DNA of 64,000 nucleotides, from positions 4,024 to 68,023 of the forward strand of contig JBHPGP010000002.1 in assembly GCA_042570305.1 (NCBI GenBank), given 5' to 3'. Below, piece by piece: positions 1-9,001 of this stretch. The notes under the pieces were generated by a model. It saw only the letters and a list, made by a program, of their open reading frames with translations. It ran no database searches and was not told where the DNA came from. How positions within the stretch are numbered: position 1 is the first letter of the stretch; each line of letters starts with the position of its first letter. The translations under genes were made by a program, and so were the position numbers. Source of the DNA: Candidatus Omnitrophota bacterium. GTDB taxonomy: Bacteria > Omnitrophota > Gorgyraeia > Gygaellales > JAHJCI01.

Positions 1-91
1 TCAGCGTAAGGACCGGTCCTCGAACAGATCAAGAACCGGTCCTAACTCAAATATGAATTGCGGGGGTCTGATTTTGGTGTATAATTAGCTT

Positions 92-1036
92 ATGTTCGGG
101 CAGTCATTTGCGCTGGTTTCGGGAGCAGTGGGTCAGATTTTTATCCTGGGAGCAATCGGTTACTTTCTGGTAAAGAAGGAAATTCTCACCAGAGAGGGGA
201 TGGATATACTCAGCCGCCTGGTTATTACGGTTACTTTGCCGGCAATGATTTTCTCGCAGTTAATCCAGGGCTTCAGCTTTGACCTTGAACCTGCCTGGTG
301 GGTTTTTACGTTAGCCAGTTTTGCGGTTACTCTTCTGGGATTTTTGGCAGGTGGTATTTTTGTCAGCCTGCTTGAGGCAGGGGAAGGCAGGCGACAGTTC
401 TTAAGTCTGACTGCCTTTCAGAATTCAGGATATCTTCCGCTTGCCCTGGCAGCCGCCCTCTTAAAGCCAGATGATAAACACCTGATGTTTATCTACATTT
501 TTTTGTTTCTGCTCGGATTTAATCTTGTGATCTGGTCTTTGGGGGTATATTTTTTGTCCCGTAAACAAGAGAAAAAACTTGAATTAACCAGTTTTTTCAG
601 CCCTCCGGTATTGGCTACGTTGATTACCATGGTTCTGGTTTGGATTGGTTTGAATAGGTTTATTCCGGAAGTTATCATAAAGCCGCTGCGCATGGTGGGA
701 GATTCGACTTTGCCTTTGGCAATGCTTGTGGTCGGCGGCAGCCTTGGCTTAATTAAAGTCAGCAGACTGCAACTGAAGCCGATTCTTTTATTAATCCTGG
801 CCAAGCTTTTTATTCTGCCCTTTCTGGGCTTGTTGTTGATCTGGAGATTCTCTCCTCCGCGCCTGTTCGGCTTATTGATGATCATGCAATTGGCTATGCC
901 TTCTGCTACATCGCTTTCATTGATTATTACGCATTATAAAAGGGAAGATTTATTAATCAGCCAGGGAGTGTTGTTTACCCACCTGTTCAGCCTGATCAGC
1001 ATACCCTTGTTTTTAAGTCTGGCATGGATAAGGTAA
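92..1036 (+). CDS. AEC-family membrane transporter (auxin efflux carrier / malate permease-like), ~10 TM
   Basis: 314-aa highly hydrophobic ORF; N-terminal GAIGYFLVK and PAMIFSQLI-type motifs resemble the AEC transporter family. No recognisable enzyme motif. Confidence 0.55.
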   Translation: MFGQSFALVSGAVGQIFILGAIGYFLVKKEILTREGMDILSRLVITVTLPAMIFSQLIQGFSFDLEPAWWVFTLASFAVTLLGFLAGGIFVSLLEAGEGRRQFLSLTAFQNSGYLPLALAAALLKPDDKHLMFIYIFLFLLGFNLVIWSLGVYFLSRKQEKKLELTSFFSPPVLATLITMVLVWIGLNRFIPEVIIKPLRMVGDSTLPLAMLVVGGSLGLIKVSRLQLKPILLLILAKLFILPFLGLLLIWRFSPPRLFGLLMIMQLAMPSATSLSLIITHYKREDLLISQGVLFTHLFSLISIPLFLSLAWIR

Positions 1037-1479
1037 CCGTAACCAATCGCAAGGCCCGCCGGGACTATTCAGTGCTTAAGGCCTGGGAGGCAGGGATTGA
1101 ACTTAAGGGCAGCGAGGTTAAGTCAATCCGAGAGGGCAGGGTAACCCTGGATGATAGCTTTGCGCGGGTTGAAAATGGCCGGGTTTTGCTGTATAATATG
1201 CATGTCAGCCCTTATTTCCAGGCAAGCATCTTTAATGTAGAGCCAAAGCGGCTGCGGCTACTCTTGTTGCATAAGAATCAAATCGCCAAGATAAGCCAGG
1301 AGGTTTTTCAGCGGGGGCTTACCTTAATTCCGTTAAGGCTTTATTTTAACAAGCGGGGATTTGTCAAGATTGAATTGGCATTATGCCGCGGCAAAAAATT
1401 ATACGACCGGCGCAGGGACATCAGGAGCAAGCAGGCGGCTCTGGAGATAAAAAGAGCGATAAAGAGCAGAAGAAGGTAG
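1024..1479 (+). CDS. smpB: SsrA-binding protein SmpB
   Basis: 151 aa with KTVATNRKARRDY...GIELKGSEVKSIR...LLLHKNQI, typical SmpB. Immediately followed by a tmRNA. Confidence 0.9.
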   Translation: MDKVTVTNRKARRDYSVLKAWEAGIELKGSEVKSIREGRVTLDDSFARVENGRVLLYNMHVSPYFQASIFNVEPKRLRLLLLHKNQIAKISQEVFQRGLTLIPLRLYFNKRGFVKIELALCRGKKLYDRRRDIRSKQAALEIKRAIKSRRR

Positions 1480-1528
1480 TTGCTACATTCGGCAGGACGA
1501 TTTTGCAACACGTAATAGATAGAAAATC

Positions 1529-1940
1529 GGGGGTGAAAGGGCTCGACCTAGGTAAGTCGGGTAAAAGCAGCATGCCGAGGTGGCAAGGAGGCCTCGTAAA
1601 ACACCTTGCAAAACATAAACGCAAACACACAAGTTGTGTCACGTTTAGGAATGCCTGTTTCGTCACTAGCAATGGTGACTGGACCAGCGTTCTTACCAGC
1701 CTTCGGGCTTAATTAAGCCCGAAGCCTCTATTCATCCAGCCTACGGGATGCAATAGGGCGATTAGTAGGCTGGCTCCGGTGCATTAGCCTTTATTGCTGG
1801 GGCAAGACTCTTAAAGGCTGCGTCCTGAAAAATCCTGTCTTTCGGAGTTTTCTGGATCAAGTCTAAAAGATAGACTAAGCATGTAGCGGTTTTTATCTGG
1901 TTGCTTAGGGACCGGGGTTCGAATCCCCGCACCTCCACCA
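1529..1940 (+). ncRNA. ssrA: tmRNA (ssrA), one-piece
   Basis: 5' GGGGGUG pairs with 3' CACCUCC, giving a tRNA-Ala-like acceptor stem with a G3-U wobble. T-arm GGTTCGAATCC and encoded CCA at the 3' end (1938-1940). Located directly downstream of smpB. A stop-containing palindrome cttcgggcttaattaagcccgaag (about 1700-1725) probably holds the tag stop codon in its loop. Confidence 0.8.
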
Positions 1941-2071
1941 AATCAGCGACGCACATTCCCGAGCCGGGTGCAAAACCCGTTGGAGCTGTCGTTTCGGCAA
2001 CCCGGTGTGGTTCTTTTTTAAGAATCACTGCATCCGGCCCGGGAATGAGCGTTTCTTATCTGTTAAACCCA

Positions 2072-2878
2072 ATGAAACCAATCGGTGTTTTTGATTCAGG
2101 ATTAGGCGGGCTCACTGTGGTTAAGGAATTGAAACGGCAGCTGCCCGCCGAAGACATAATTTATTTAGGCGATACTGCCCGGCTTCCTTACGGAACGAAA
2201 TCACCGGGCACGGTAATCAGATTCACGCTGAATAATATCCTCTTTCTGCTGAAACAAAATACCAAGCTGATTATTATTGCCTGTAATACTGCTTCCAGCC
2301 TCGCACTGGAGGTTATCCGAAAGCATTTTCGTATTCCCATAATCGGTGTCATCCAGCCGGGAGCGCAGGAGGCAGCAAGGATCACGAAGACAAAATGCGT
2401 AGGCGTAATCGGTACCCGCGCCACCATAAAAAGCAGGGCTTACGAGAGCCAGATACGAAAAATAGACCCGGAAGTCAGGGTAGTCAGCCAGGCATGTCCG
2501 TTATTCGTACCCCTGGTTGAAGAGGGTTGGCTTAACCGCGCGGAAACAATCTCTGTTGCTGAAGAATATCTTAAACCGTTCATCAAAAAAAACCATAAAC
2601 TGGATGCATTGATTCTCGGGTGTACACACTATCCTTTACTTAAGCCGGTGATTAGGAAAGTCTTAGGCAGTGAAGTCAGGCTGATTGATTCTGCAAGGCA
2701 GGTGGTAAGTCAGGTTGAGCAGATTCTGCGTGATTCTCAAGGCGCAAGGAGAACCGATACCGCAGGAAGAGGCAGATGCAGGTTTTACGTTACCGATGAC
2801 GCCGAAGGGTTTTCCCGCCAGGCAGTGCGCTTCCTGGGGCATCGCATCTCCAAAGTCAAGAGGATAACGGATGTTTGA
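2072..2878 (+). CDS. murI: Glutamate racemase MurI
   Basis: MKPIGVFDSGLGGLTVVKEL...IACNTAS...LGCTHYPLL, classic MurI motifs. The ORF-track start at 1901 overlaps the tmRNA, so the true start is the ATG at 2072 (alternative 2045). Confidence 0.85.
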   Translation: MKPIGVFDSGLGGLTVVKELKRQLPAEDIIYLGDTARLPYGTKSPGTVIRFTLNNILFLLKQNTKLIIIACNTASSLALEVIRKHFRIPIIGVIQPGAQEAARITKTKCVGVIGTRATIKSRAYESQIRKIDPEVRVVSQACPLFVPLVEEGWLNRAETISVAEEYLKPFIKKNHKLDALILGCTHYPLLKPVIRKVLGSEVRLIDSARQVVSQVEQILRDSQGARRTDTAGRGRCRFYVTDDAEGFSRQAVRFLGHRISKVKRITDV

Positions 2879-3230
2879 GATTAAGGTAAGCGGTGAATTT
2901 AGCGCAGCGCATAACCTAAGGGGATACCGCGGGCGCTGCGAAGAGCTTCACGGCCACAACTGGAAGGTTGAGGTTATCGTTTGCGGAGAAAAACTGGATA
3001 AAACAGGGATGCTTATGGATTTCAAAAAACTAAAGATGCGCTTGCACAGGGTTTTGGATAAGCTGGATCATAAGTATATTTCCCGCCTTCAATTTTTTCG
3101 TAAGGTAAACCCCACCTCAGAGAATATTGCCAGGTATATATACAATAGACTCAAAACTCAGACTCCGGGAGTTAAGTCGGTAACGGTTTGGGAATCGGAT
3201 AATTCCTCAGCCTGCTACTATGGCGCTTAA
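2871..3230 (+). CDS. queD: 6-carboxy-5,6,7,8-tetrahydropterin synthase QueD
   Basis: SGEFSAAHNLRGY...CEELHGHNWKVEV motif (Cys/His zinc site) of the QueD/PTPS family. 119 aa. Confidence 0.85.
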   Translation: MFEIKVSGEFSAAHNLRGYRGRCEELHGHNWKVEVIVCGEKLDKTGMLMDFKKLKMRLHRVLDKLDHKYISRLQFFRKVNPTSENIARYIYNRLKTQTPGVKSVTVWESDNSSACYYGA

Positions 3231-3903
3231 AAAGGGAATTGTTCTTTTATCCGGCGGCTTGGATTCGGCAGTCACCCTTTATTATGCCAGGCAACAGGGG
3301 CTTGATTGTCAATGCCTTATTTTCGATTACGGCCAGCGCCATAAGAAAGAAATCAGCTCGGCAAAAAAGATTGCCAAGAGTGCGGGATGCCCGTATAAAA
3401 TTTTAAATATTCAATTTCCCTGGAAAGGCTCAAGCCTTTTAGATAAGAGTATCAGGATACCGCAGGCGAAAAGGCAGGCAGGGAGGCGGTCCGGGAATAA
3501 AATCCCCGGCACTTATGTACCCGGCCGAAACATTATTTTTTTAAGTTTTGCCCTTTCCTTTTCCGAGGTAGCCGGAGCCAGTGCAATATTTATTGGCGCG
3601 CATACCCAGGATTATTCAGGGTACCCGGATTGCCGCAGGGAATTTTTTCAGGCATTCGATAGGGTAATCAAAAGCGGGACAAGGTCCGGAACAAGCAGGA
3701 AGGGAATAAGGATTTTTACTCCCCTGATTGGCAAGAAAAAGTCGGAGATCATCAAATTGGGAATGAGTCTTGGGGTTCCGTTTCAATTGACCTGGTCTTG
3801 TTATAAAGGGGGAAGTAGGCCTTGTGCCAGTTGCGAAAGTTGTCATTTTCGCGCCTTAGGCTTTGCCGAGGCAGGCTTTCTCGACCCCCTAATGGAGAGA
3901 TGA
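3220..3903 (+). CDS. queC: 7-cyano-7-deazaguanine synthase QueC
   Basis: N-terminal LLSGGLDS PP-loop and C-terminal CxxC...C zinc motif (CASCESCHFR). Confidence 0.9.
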   Translation: MALKKGIVLLSGGLDSAVTLYYARQQGLDCQCLIFDYGQRHKKEISSAKKIAKSAGCPYKILNIQFPWKGSSLLDKSIRIPQAKRQAGRRSGNKIPGTYVPGRNIIFLSFALSFSEVAGASAIFIGAHTQDYSGYPDCRREFFQAFDRVIKSGTRSGTSRKGIRIFTPLIGKKKSEIIKLGMSLGVPFQLTWSCYKGGSRPCASCESCHFRALGFAEAGFLDPLMER

Positions 3904-4574
3904 AGGCAAGGATTGCTGAGGTTTTTCAGAGCATCCAGGGTGAAGGTATTCATCTGGGCAAGGAGCAGGTCTTTATCCGCTTCTTTGGCTGCAATCTGGA
4001 GCGCTGCGCATTCTGCGATACCAGATTAAGCGCATTCAAGGAATACGCGCCAGCTGATTTATGCGATTATTTAAAATCCGGCTTTAGCAGACTCAATTCA
4101 GTCGCTCTAACCGGAGGAGAGCCTTTAGTGCAAAAAGAATTCTTAAGCCGGTTCCTGCCCTTGCTTAAGCAGGCAGGCTTAGAAATATATCTGGAAACCA
4201 ATGCTACCCTGCCAGGCGCCTTGAGAGCGGTCATCGATTATATCGATATTATTGCCATTGATTTTAAATTTCCATCTTCAACCGGGCTCAGGCGTTTTTG
4301 GCAGGAGCACGAGGAGTTTTTAAAACTGGCTACTCAAAAAGAGGTATTGATTAAGGCAGTGATTTGCCACTCTACAGTCTATAGTGATTTAGAGCAGGCA
4401 GTTAAAGTTATATCCAGAGTCAACCGGGCTGTCCCGTTTATCCTGCAGCCGAATTCATTCGAGTCCGGTTCGTCGCTTACGAATAAAATCCTGGAGTTTA
4501 AGAGATTTTCACTTCAATCTTTATCAGACGTAAGAATTGTGCCTCAGTTGCATAAAATGATCGGAGTAAGATGA
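3900..4574 (+). CDS. queE: 7-carboxy-7-deazaguanine synthase QueE (radical SAM)
   Basis: MKARIAEVFQSIQGEGIHLGKEQVFIRFFGCNLERCAFCDT, the QueE signature. ATG overlaps the queC stop (ATGA). Confidence 0.85.
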   Translation: MKARIAEVFQSIQGEGIHLGKEQVFIRFFGCNLERCAFCDTRLSAFKEYAPADLCDYLKSGFSRLNSVALTGGEPLVQKEFLSRFLPLLKQAGLEIYLETNATLPGALRAVIDYIDIIAIDFKFPSSTGLRRFWQEHEEFLKLATQKEVLIKAVICHSTVYSDLEQAVKVISRVNRAVPFILQPNSFESGSSLTNKILEFKRFSLQSLSDVRIVPQLHKMIGVR

Positions 4575-5023
4575 GCCCCATTAGACCTAATCGTCCAACA
4601 GGTAGAAAGAAAGAGAGGTCTAGCGGGGTGAACGAACGCAATTCTCGTTACGAAGGTTTACAGAAAGATATCAGGAAGCTTAAGACTCCGGTAATCGAAG
4701 TATGGCAGAATAAATATCCAGACAAGCGGTATGCGATAAGCTTAGAGGTCCTTGAGTTTACCTGTATCTGTCCCAAGACCGGACTGCCTGATTTTGCCGT
4801 TATCAAAATAGAGTATTCGCCTGATAAATATTGTATCGAGCTGAAATCATTCAAGCTCTACACAATATTCTATCGCAATCTCGGCATATTCCACGAACAC
4901 GTAATAAACAGGATGCTTGGGGATTTGGCAGCAGCCTGCAACCCACGCTGGTTGCGGATTACCGGAGAATTTAATGTGCGCGGGGGGATTAAAACAACGG
5001 TTTCAGCCGAATATAAAAGATGA
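4571..5023 (+). CDS. queF: NADPH-dependent 7-cyano-7-deazaguanine reductase QueF (type I)
   Basis: Catalytic Cys in CICPKTGLPDFA and the QueF motif ELKSFKLY. 150 aa. Confidence 0.8.
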   Translation: MSPIRPNRPTGRKKERSSGVNERNSRYEGLQKDIRKLKTPVIEVWQNKYPDKRYAISLEVLEFTCICPKTGLPDFAVIKIEYSPDKYCIELKSFKLYTIFYRNLGIFHEHVINRMLGDLAAACNPRWLRITGEFNVRGGIKTTVSAEYKR

Positions 5024-5865
5024 AAAAATTAAATTTTTCAGTTGTTCAAAAGGCAGTAGCAAAACTTTGCATTGAGGCAAATACCAAATTGCGGCCGGAT
5101 GTGCTGAGGGCATTGGAGTCAGCCTATAAAAGAGAAAGAAGGCTGAGGGCAAGGCATATGTTAGGGGCAATTATCCGTAACGCACGCATTGCCCAAAGAA
5201 GTAATTTAGCTATCTGTCAGGATACGGGCCTGCCAGTTGTTTTTGCCGAGTTGGGCAATAATTTAAAGGTAGCCTGCGATTTGAAGGCGGCAATTAACAG
5301 TGGAGTCCAGCTTGGTTATCAAAAAGGATATTTAAGGAATTCAATTGTGAATCAACCATTAGTCAGGACAAGGCCTGGATATAAACCTGCAATTATCCAT
5401 CTGGATTTGGTGAAAGGCAAAAATTTAAAGTTAGCGGTCCTGCCGAAGGGCTTTGGTTGCGAGAATAAAAGCAGCCTGAAGATGTTCCTGCCTACCGCAG
5501 ATATCCGGCAGCTGAAGCAGTTTATTATCGGGAGCGTCAAGGATGCCGGGCCAGATGCCTGTCCGCCCTATGTTCTGGGAATAGGCATAGGCGGCACAGC
5601 TGATTATGCGGCATTTTTAGCAAAGAAAGCCTTGTTGAAAAGAGTGAGTGGCTTGCAGGGTCAGAAGGCCAAAAGCTATATTGCTAAGCTGGAGCATGAT
5701 TTATTAAAAGAGATAAATAAGCTCGGCATCGGGCCCATGGGCCTGGGGGGTGAGGCTACCTGTTTAGGTGTAAATATCCTGACGCACCCTACGCATATTG
5801 CCGGTTTGCCTGTGGCAATAAACATTAGCTGTCATGCCCTGAGGAGCGCAACCGGGAAATTATAA
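5020..5865 (+). CDS. Fe-S hydro-lyase alpha subunit (class I fumarate hydratase / L(+)-tartrate dehydratase alpha)
   Basis: CQDTGLPVVF...GIGIGGT motifs of the FumA N-terminal / TtdA family. Followed by the matching beta subunit. Confidence 0.8.
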   Translation: MKKLNFSVVQKAVAKLCIEANTKLRPDVLRALESAYKRERRLRARHMLGAIIRNARIAQRSNLAICQDTGLPVVFAELGNNLKVACDLKAAINSGVQLGYQKGYLRNSIVNQPLVRTRPGYKPAIIHLDLVKGKNLKLAVLPKGFGCENKSSLKMFLPTADIRQLKQFIIGSVKDAGPDACPPYVLGIGIGGTADYAAFLAKKALLKRVSGLQGQKAKSYIAKLEHDLLKEINKLGIGPMGLGGEATCLGVNILTHPTHIAGLPVAINISCHALRSATGKL

Positions 5866-6386
5866 TGAAAAAAATAAGCACTCCTTTAGAAAAAAAACAA
5901 ATCGCAAAATTAAAGGCAGGTGAGGAGGTTTTCTTATCCGGAGTCATCTATACCGCCCGCGATCAGGCACACAAAAAAATATATGAGCGTATCAGCAGAA
6001 AAAAGAGTCTGCCGTTAGCTTTGCATGGCCAGGTTATTTATTATTGCGGACCGACTCCTGCTGCAAAGGGCAGGATTATCGGCTCCTGCGGACCGACTAC
6101 AAGTTCGCGTATGGATAAATTCACTCCCGCACTGCTTAAGGCAGGCCTAGCCGCTATGATTGGCAAAGGAAGGCGCTCAAAAGAAGTAATTCAGGCGATA
6201 AAGAAAAACCGCGCAGTCTATTTCCTCACCCTTGCCGGCTGCGGCGCTTTATTGTCTGAATATGTGACAGCAATGAAGCCGGTTGCTTATAAGGATTTGG
6301 GGCCGGAGGCAATATACTGTTTAGCGGTGAAGGATTTTCCTTTAGTTGTGGCAGTTGACAGCAAGGGCAGAAGCATTATAACGTGA
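5865..6386 (+). CDS. Fe-S hydro-lyase beta subunit (class I fumarate hydratase / tartrate dehydratase beta)
   Basis: LSGVIYTARDQAHKK...YYCGPTP...GSCGPTTS...MIGKGRRS, the FumA C-terminal / TtdB family. Confidence 0.8.
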   Translation: MKKISTPLEKKQIAKLKAGEEVFLSGVIYTARDQAHKKIYERISRKKSLPLALHGQVIYYCGPTPAAKGRIIGSCGPTTSSRMDKFTPALLKAGLAAMIGKGRRSKEVIQAIKKNRAVYFLTLAGCGALLSEYVTAMKPVAYKDLGPEAIYCLAVKDFPLVVAVDSKGRSIIT

Positions 6387-6403
6387 GGAAGGAGTAACCG
6401 GTA

Positions 6404-7114
6404 ATGAGAGTTGACAAACGTAAGCCCGACGAGATTCGCAAGGTAGCGATTCAGCGCAATTATATTAATTTTGCCGAGGGCTCATGCCTTATCGAATTAG
6501 GCAATACGCGGGTTATCTGCACTGCCTCGATAGAAGAGTCTGTGCCTTCTTTTTTAAAGGGGAGTGGCGCAGGCTGGGTTACTGCTGAATACGGCATGCT
6601 TCCGCGGTCCTGCCAGGCGAGGGTTTCCCGTAACAAGAATTCCGGAAGGACTTATGAGATACAAAGATTAATCGGCAGGTCTTTGCGTGCGGTAACCAGG
6701 ATGGAGGATTTGGGAGAGCGCACAATCTGGATTGACTGCGATGTAATTCAGGCAGACGGGGGAACGAGAACAGCCAGCATTACCGGAAGCTTTCTTGCAT
6801 TAGCCGACAGCCTGGTTAAATTAAGGGCAAGGGGCCTGATTCAATCGCTACCGCTTAATGATTTTGTAGCTGCTATCAGTGTGGGAATAGTTGATAAACA
6901 GCTCCGCCTGGATTTAAGCTATGAGGAGGATTCCCGCGCAGAGGTGGATATGAATGTGGTAATGACCGGGGCAGGCGAGTTTATTGAAATCCAGGGTACG
7001 GCAGAAAGGAATCCCTTTAGCAAGGAGCAGATGGATCAGCTGCTGGAATTATCCAAGGCTGGCATTCTGGATTTAGTCAAAGTCCAGCGCAATTTACTAA
7101 AAGGCATACTGTGA
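6404..7114 (+). CDS. rph: Ribonuclease PH
   Basis: RxDxR...CTAS...[13 protein letters not shown]...[18 protein letters not shown], typical RNase PH. Confidence 0.9.
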   Translation: MRVDKRKPDEIRKVAIQRNYINFAEGSCLIELGNTRVICTASIEESVPSFLKGSGAGWVTAEYGMLPRSCQARVSRNKNSGRTYEIQRLIGRSLRAVTRMEDLGERTIWIDCDVIQADGGTRTASITGSFLALADSLVKLRARGLIQSLPLNDFVAAISVGIVDKQLRLDLSYEEDSRAEVDMNVVMTGAGEFIEIQGTAERNPFSKEQMDQLLELSKAGILDLVKVQRNLLKGIL

Positions 7115-7749
7115 GCGGAAAACAAAAACGTATTGAGCTGGTGGTAGCCAGCAGGAATTACAAGAAGTTCAAGGAGATAAAGGAAATACTCCGGGAGTTC
7201 AAACTTAAAATAACCTCTTTGCGCGATTATCCCCAAGCGCCCCGTATTGTCGAGAATGGAAGGACCTTTGAAGAGAACGCTATAAAAAAGGCACGCCTGA
7301 TTGCGCGCTTTACCGGAAAGCTAACACTGGGAGAGGACTCCGGTCTTGAAGTCGCCGCCTTAGGAGGGAAGCCGGGAATTTATTCTTCGCGTTTTTCCGG
7401 CAGGGATAAAAATGATGTGAAGAATAATCTGAAGTTGCTCAGGTTGTTGGCAGACCTGCCGATCAAAGAAAGAAAGGCGCGCTATGTCTGTAGCGTTGCG
7501 CTATTTGATAAACACGGCTTGCTTGGGGTAACCGAAGGTTATTGCCAGGGGATAATCGCCTTCCAGTTGCGCGGTTCATCCGGTTTTGGCTACGACCCTT
7601 TATTTATCATTCCTAAATATAAGAAGACCTTTGCTCAGTTGGGTCCGCGGATTAAACACAAGATTAGTCATCGCTTTCGCGCTCTTTCCATGGCAAGGCA
7701 GATAATAAAGAAATATTCCGGCATTCCGAATGGGTTGACAAAGATATAG
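7111..7749 (+). CDS. rdgB: dITP/XTP pyrophosphatase (Ham1/RdgB)
   Basis: [18 protein letters not shown]...GEDSGLEV...SSRFSG...FGYDPLF. Follows the conserved rph-rdgB gene order. Confidence 0.85.
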   Translation: MSGKQKRIELVVASRNYKKFKEIKEILREFKLKITSLRDYPQAPRIVENGRTFEENAIKKARLIARFTGKLTLGEDSGLEVAALGGKPGIYSSRFSGRDKNDVKNNLKLLRLLADLPIKERKARYVCSVALFDKHGLLGVTEGYCQGIIAFQLRGSSGFGYDPLFIIPKYKKTFAQLGPRIKHKISHRFRALSMARQIIKKYSGIPNGLTKI

Positions 7750-7786
7750 TCGATGTTATACTTAATCAAACAAAATCAAAAATAAA

Positions 7787-8812
7787 ATGGAAAAACAGAA
7801 TAGAAACCATGCCCTGGTTGACTTGCTATTAGAAATAGACGCCCAGATGCATGCCTTTCAAGACATCGATCAATTAATCGCTTTTTTTGTCAATAAGATA
7901 GCTGAGATATTCAGGGCGGGAAGGGTCTCCTTTATGCTGCTGGATGAAACAAGGGGGGAGTTGTTTATTAAGGCTTCTCATGGGTTAGACTTTTCAGACG
8001 GTAAATCAATAATCAGATTGGGTGAGATGTTTGGTGGCTGGGTAGCCAAACAAGGCAAGCCTTTGCTGGTCAAAGACGTGGAAGCAGAATTCCCTGATTT
8101 AATCAAGAACAGGGTATTGCGTTGTAAGACTAAATCATTTATTATCGTTCCCGTAAAGGTACAAAAGGGAATATTCGGTATATTAAATATGACTGATAAA
8201 AAGGATTTAAGCATATTTACTGAAGAAGAATTAAATACGATTAATCTCTTTTGTCATTACTTTGCTCTGCATGTAGAGAACATCAGATTGTTGGAAAATA
8301 ACGCGAAAAACTCGACGATTGATGCCTTAACCGGGTTATTCAATCATCGCTATTTTCAGGACCAGCTGTTGGAAGAGATTTATCGCGCAGAGCGTTATCG
8401 GTGCCATTTGAGCCTGGCGATGTTAGATATTGATAATTTCTGTTGGTATAATCAGACCTACGGTTATTCTGCGGGAGATAGCGCCTTAAGTAAAATAGGA
8501 AAATTAATAAAAGAAAACACGCGCCGGGTGGATACATCTGTCCGTTATGGGCCGGAGGAATTTATGCTGATCTTGCCGAATACCCGGTTAAAACAGGCTA
8601 TTTTTGTCGGAGAGAAGATCAGGGAGACAGTCGGCTATTCTGTATTTGCCGAAGACAGGAGTACCTCGTTGGGAATGGCCAGGCTTACGGTAAGCATTGG
8701 CGTCGTCGAACATAAAGTTGGCGTAGATAAAGAAGAGTTGACTCGTAGAGTTGTAAGTGCCTTGCTGGAAGCAAAGCAAAAGGGCAAAAATCGCGTCTGC
8801 GTATTTAAATAA
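7787..8812 (+). CDS. GAF-domain diguanylate cyclase-like protein (GGDEF with GPEEF variant motif)
   Basis: N-terminal GAF-like region, then a GGDEF domain (ALTGLFNHRYF...DIDNF...GD...RYGPEEF). The signature reads GPEEF instead of GG(D/E)EF. Confidence 0.75.
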   Translation: MEKQNRNHALVDLLLEIDAQMHAFQDIDQLIAFFVNKIAEIFRAGRVSFMLLDETRGELFIKASHGLDFSDGKSIIRLGEMFGGWVAKQGKPLLVKDVEAEFPDLIKNRVLRCKTKSFIIVPVKVQKGIFGILNMTDKKDLSIFTEEELNTINLFCHYFALHVENIRLLENNAKNSTIDALTGLFNHRYFQDQLLEEIYRAERYRCHLSLAMLDIDNFCWYNQTYGYSAGDSALSKIGKLIKENTRRVDTSVRYGPEEFMLILPNTRLKQAIFVGEKIRETVGYSVFAEDRSTSLGMARLTVSIGVVEHKVGVDKEELTRRVVSALLEAKQKGKNRVCVFK

Positions 8813-8887
8813 CGGGGCGTGGCTCAGTTTGGCTAGAGCGCTTGGTTTGGGACCAAGAGGTCACAGGTTCAAGTCCTGTCGCCCCGA
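8813..8887 (+). tRNA. tRNA-Pro (anticodon TGG)
   Basis: Cloverleaf derived by hand: acceptor CGGGGCG/CGCCCCG, anticodon stem CTTGG/CCAAG with loop TTTGGGA, T-arm ACAGG-TTCAAGT-CCTGT, discriminator A. Confidence 0.8.
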
Positions 8888-8915
8888 AGTGCTTAATCTT
8901 ACACTAGCTAGTGAC

Positions 8916-8992
8916 GCGCCTGTAGCTCAGATGGATAGAGCATCTGCCTTCTAAGCAGAGGGTCGCGTGTTCGAATCACGCCAGGCGCACCA
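8916..8992 (+). tRNA. tRNA-Arg (anticodon TCT), CCA encoded
   Basis: Acceptor GCGCCTG/CAGGCGC, anticodon stem TCTGC/GCAGA with loop CTTCTAA, T-arm GCGTG-TTCGAAT-CACGC, then A-CCA. Confidence 0.8.
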
Positions 8993-9001
8993 AAATCAAA
9001 G

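Noticed and set aside
493-885. Minus-strand ORF 493..885
   Set aside because: Antisense and fully inside the AEC transporter gene. It is lysine/arginine-rich as expected for the reverse frame of a hydrophobic protein.
1383-1712. ORFs 1383..1712 (+) and 1421..1672 (-)
   Set aside because: They overlap the smpB 3' end and the tmRNA body. The + frame is most likely the tmRNA tag frame continuing upstream with no stop, not a protein gene.
2871-4600. preQ1 riboswitch near the que operon
   Set aside because: There is no intergenic space upstream of queD (it overlaps murI) and no preQ1-I/II-like hairpin with an A-rich tail was seen between que genes.
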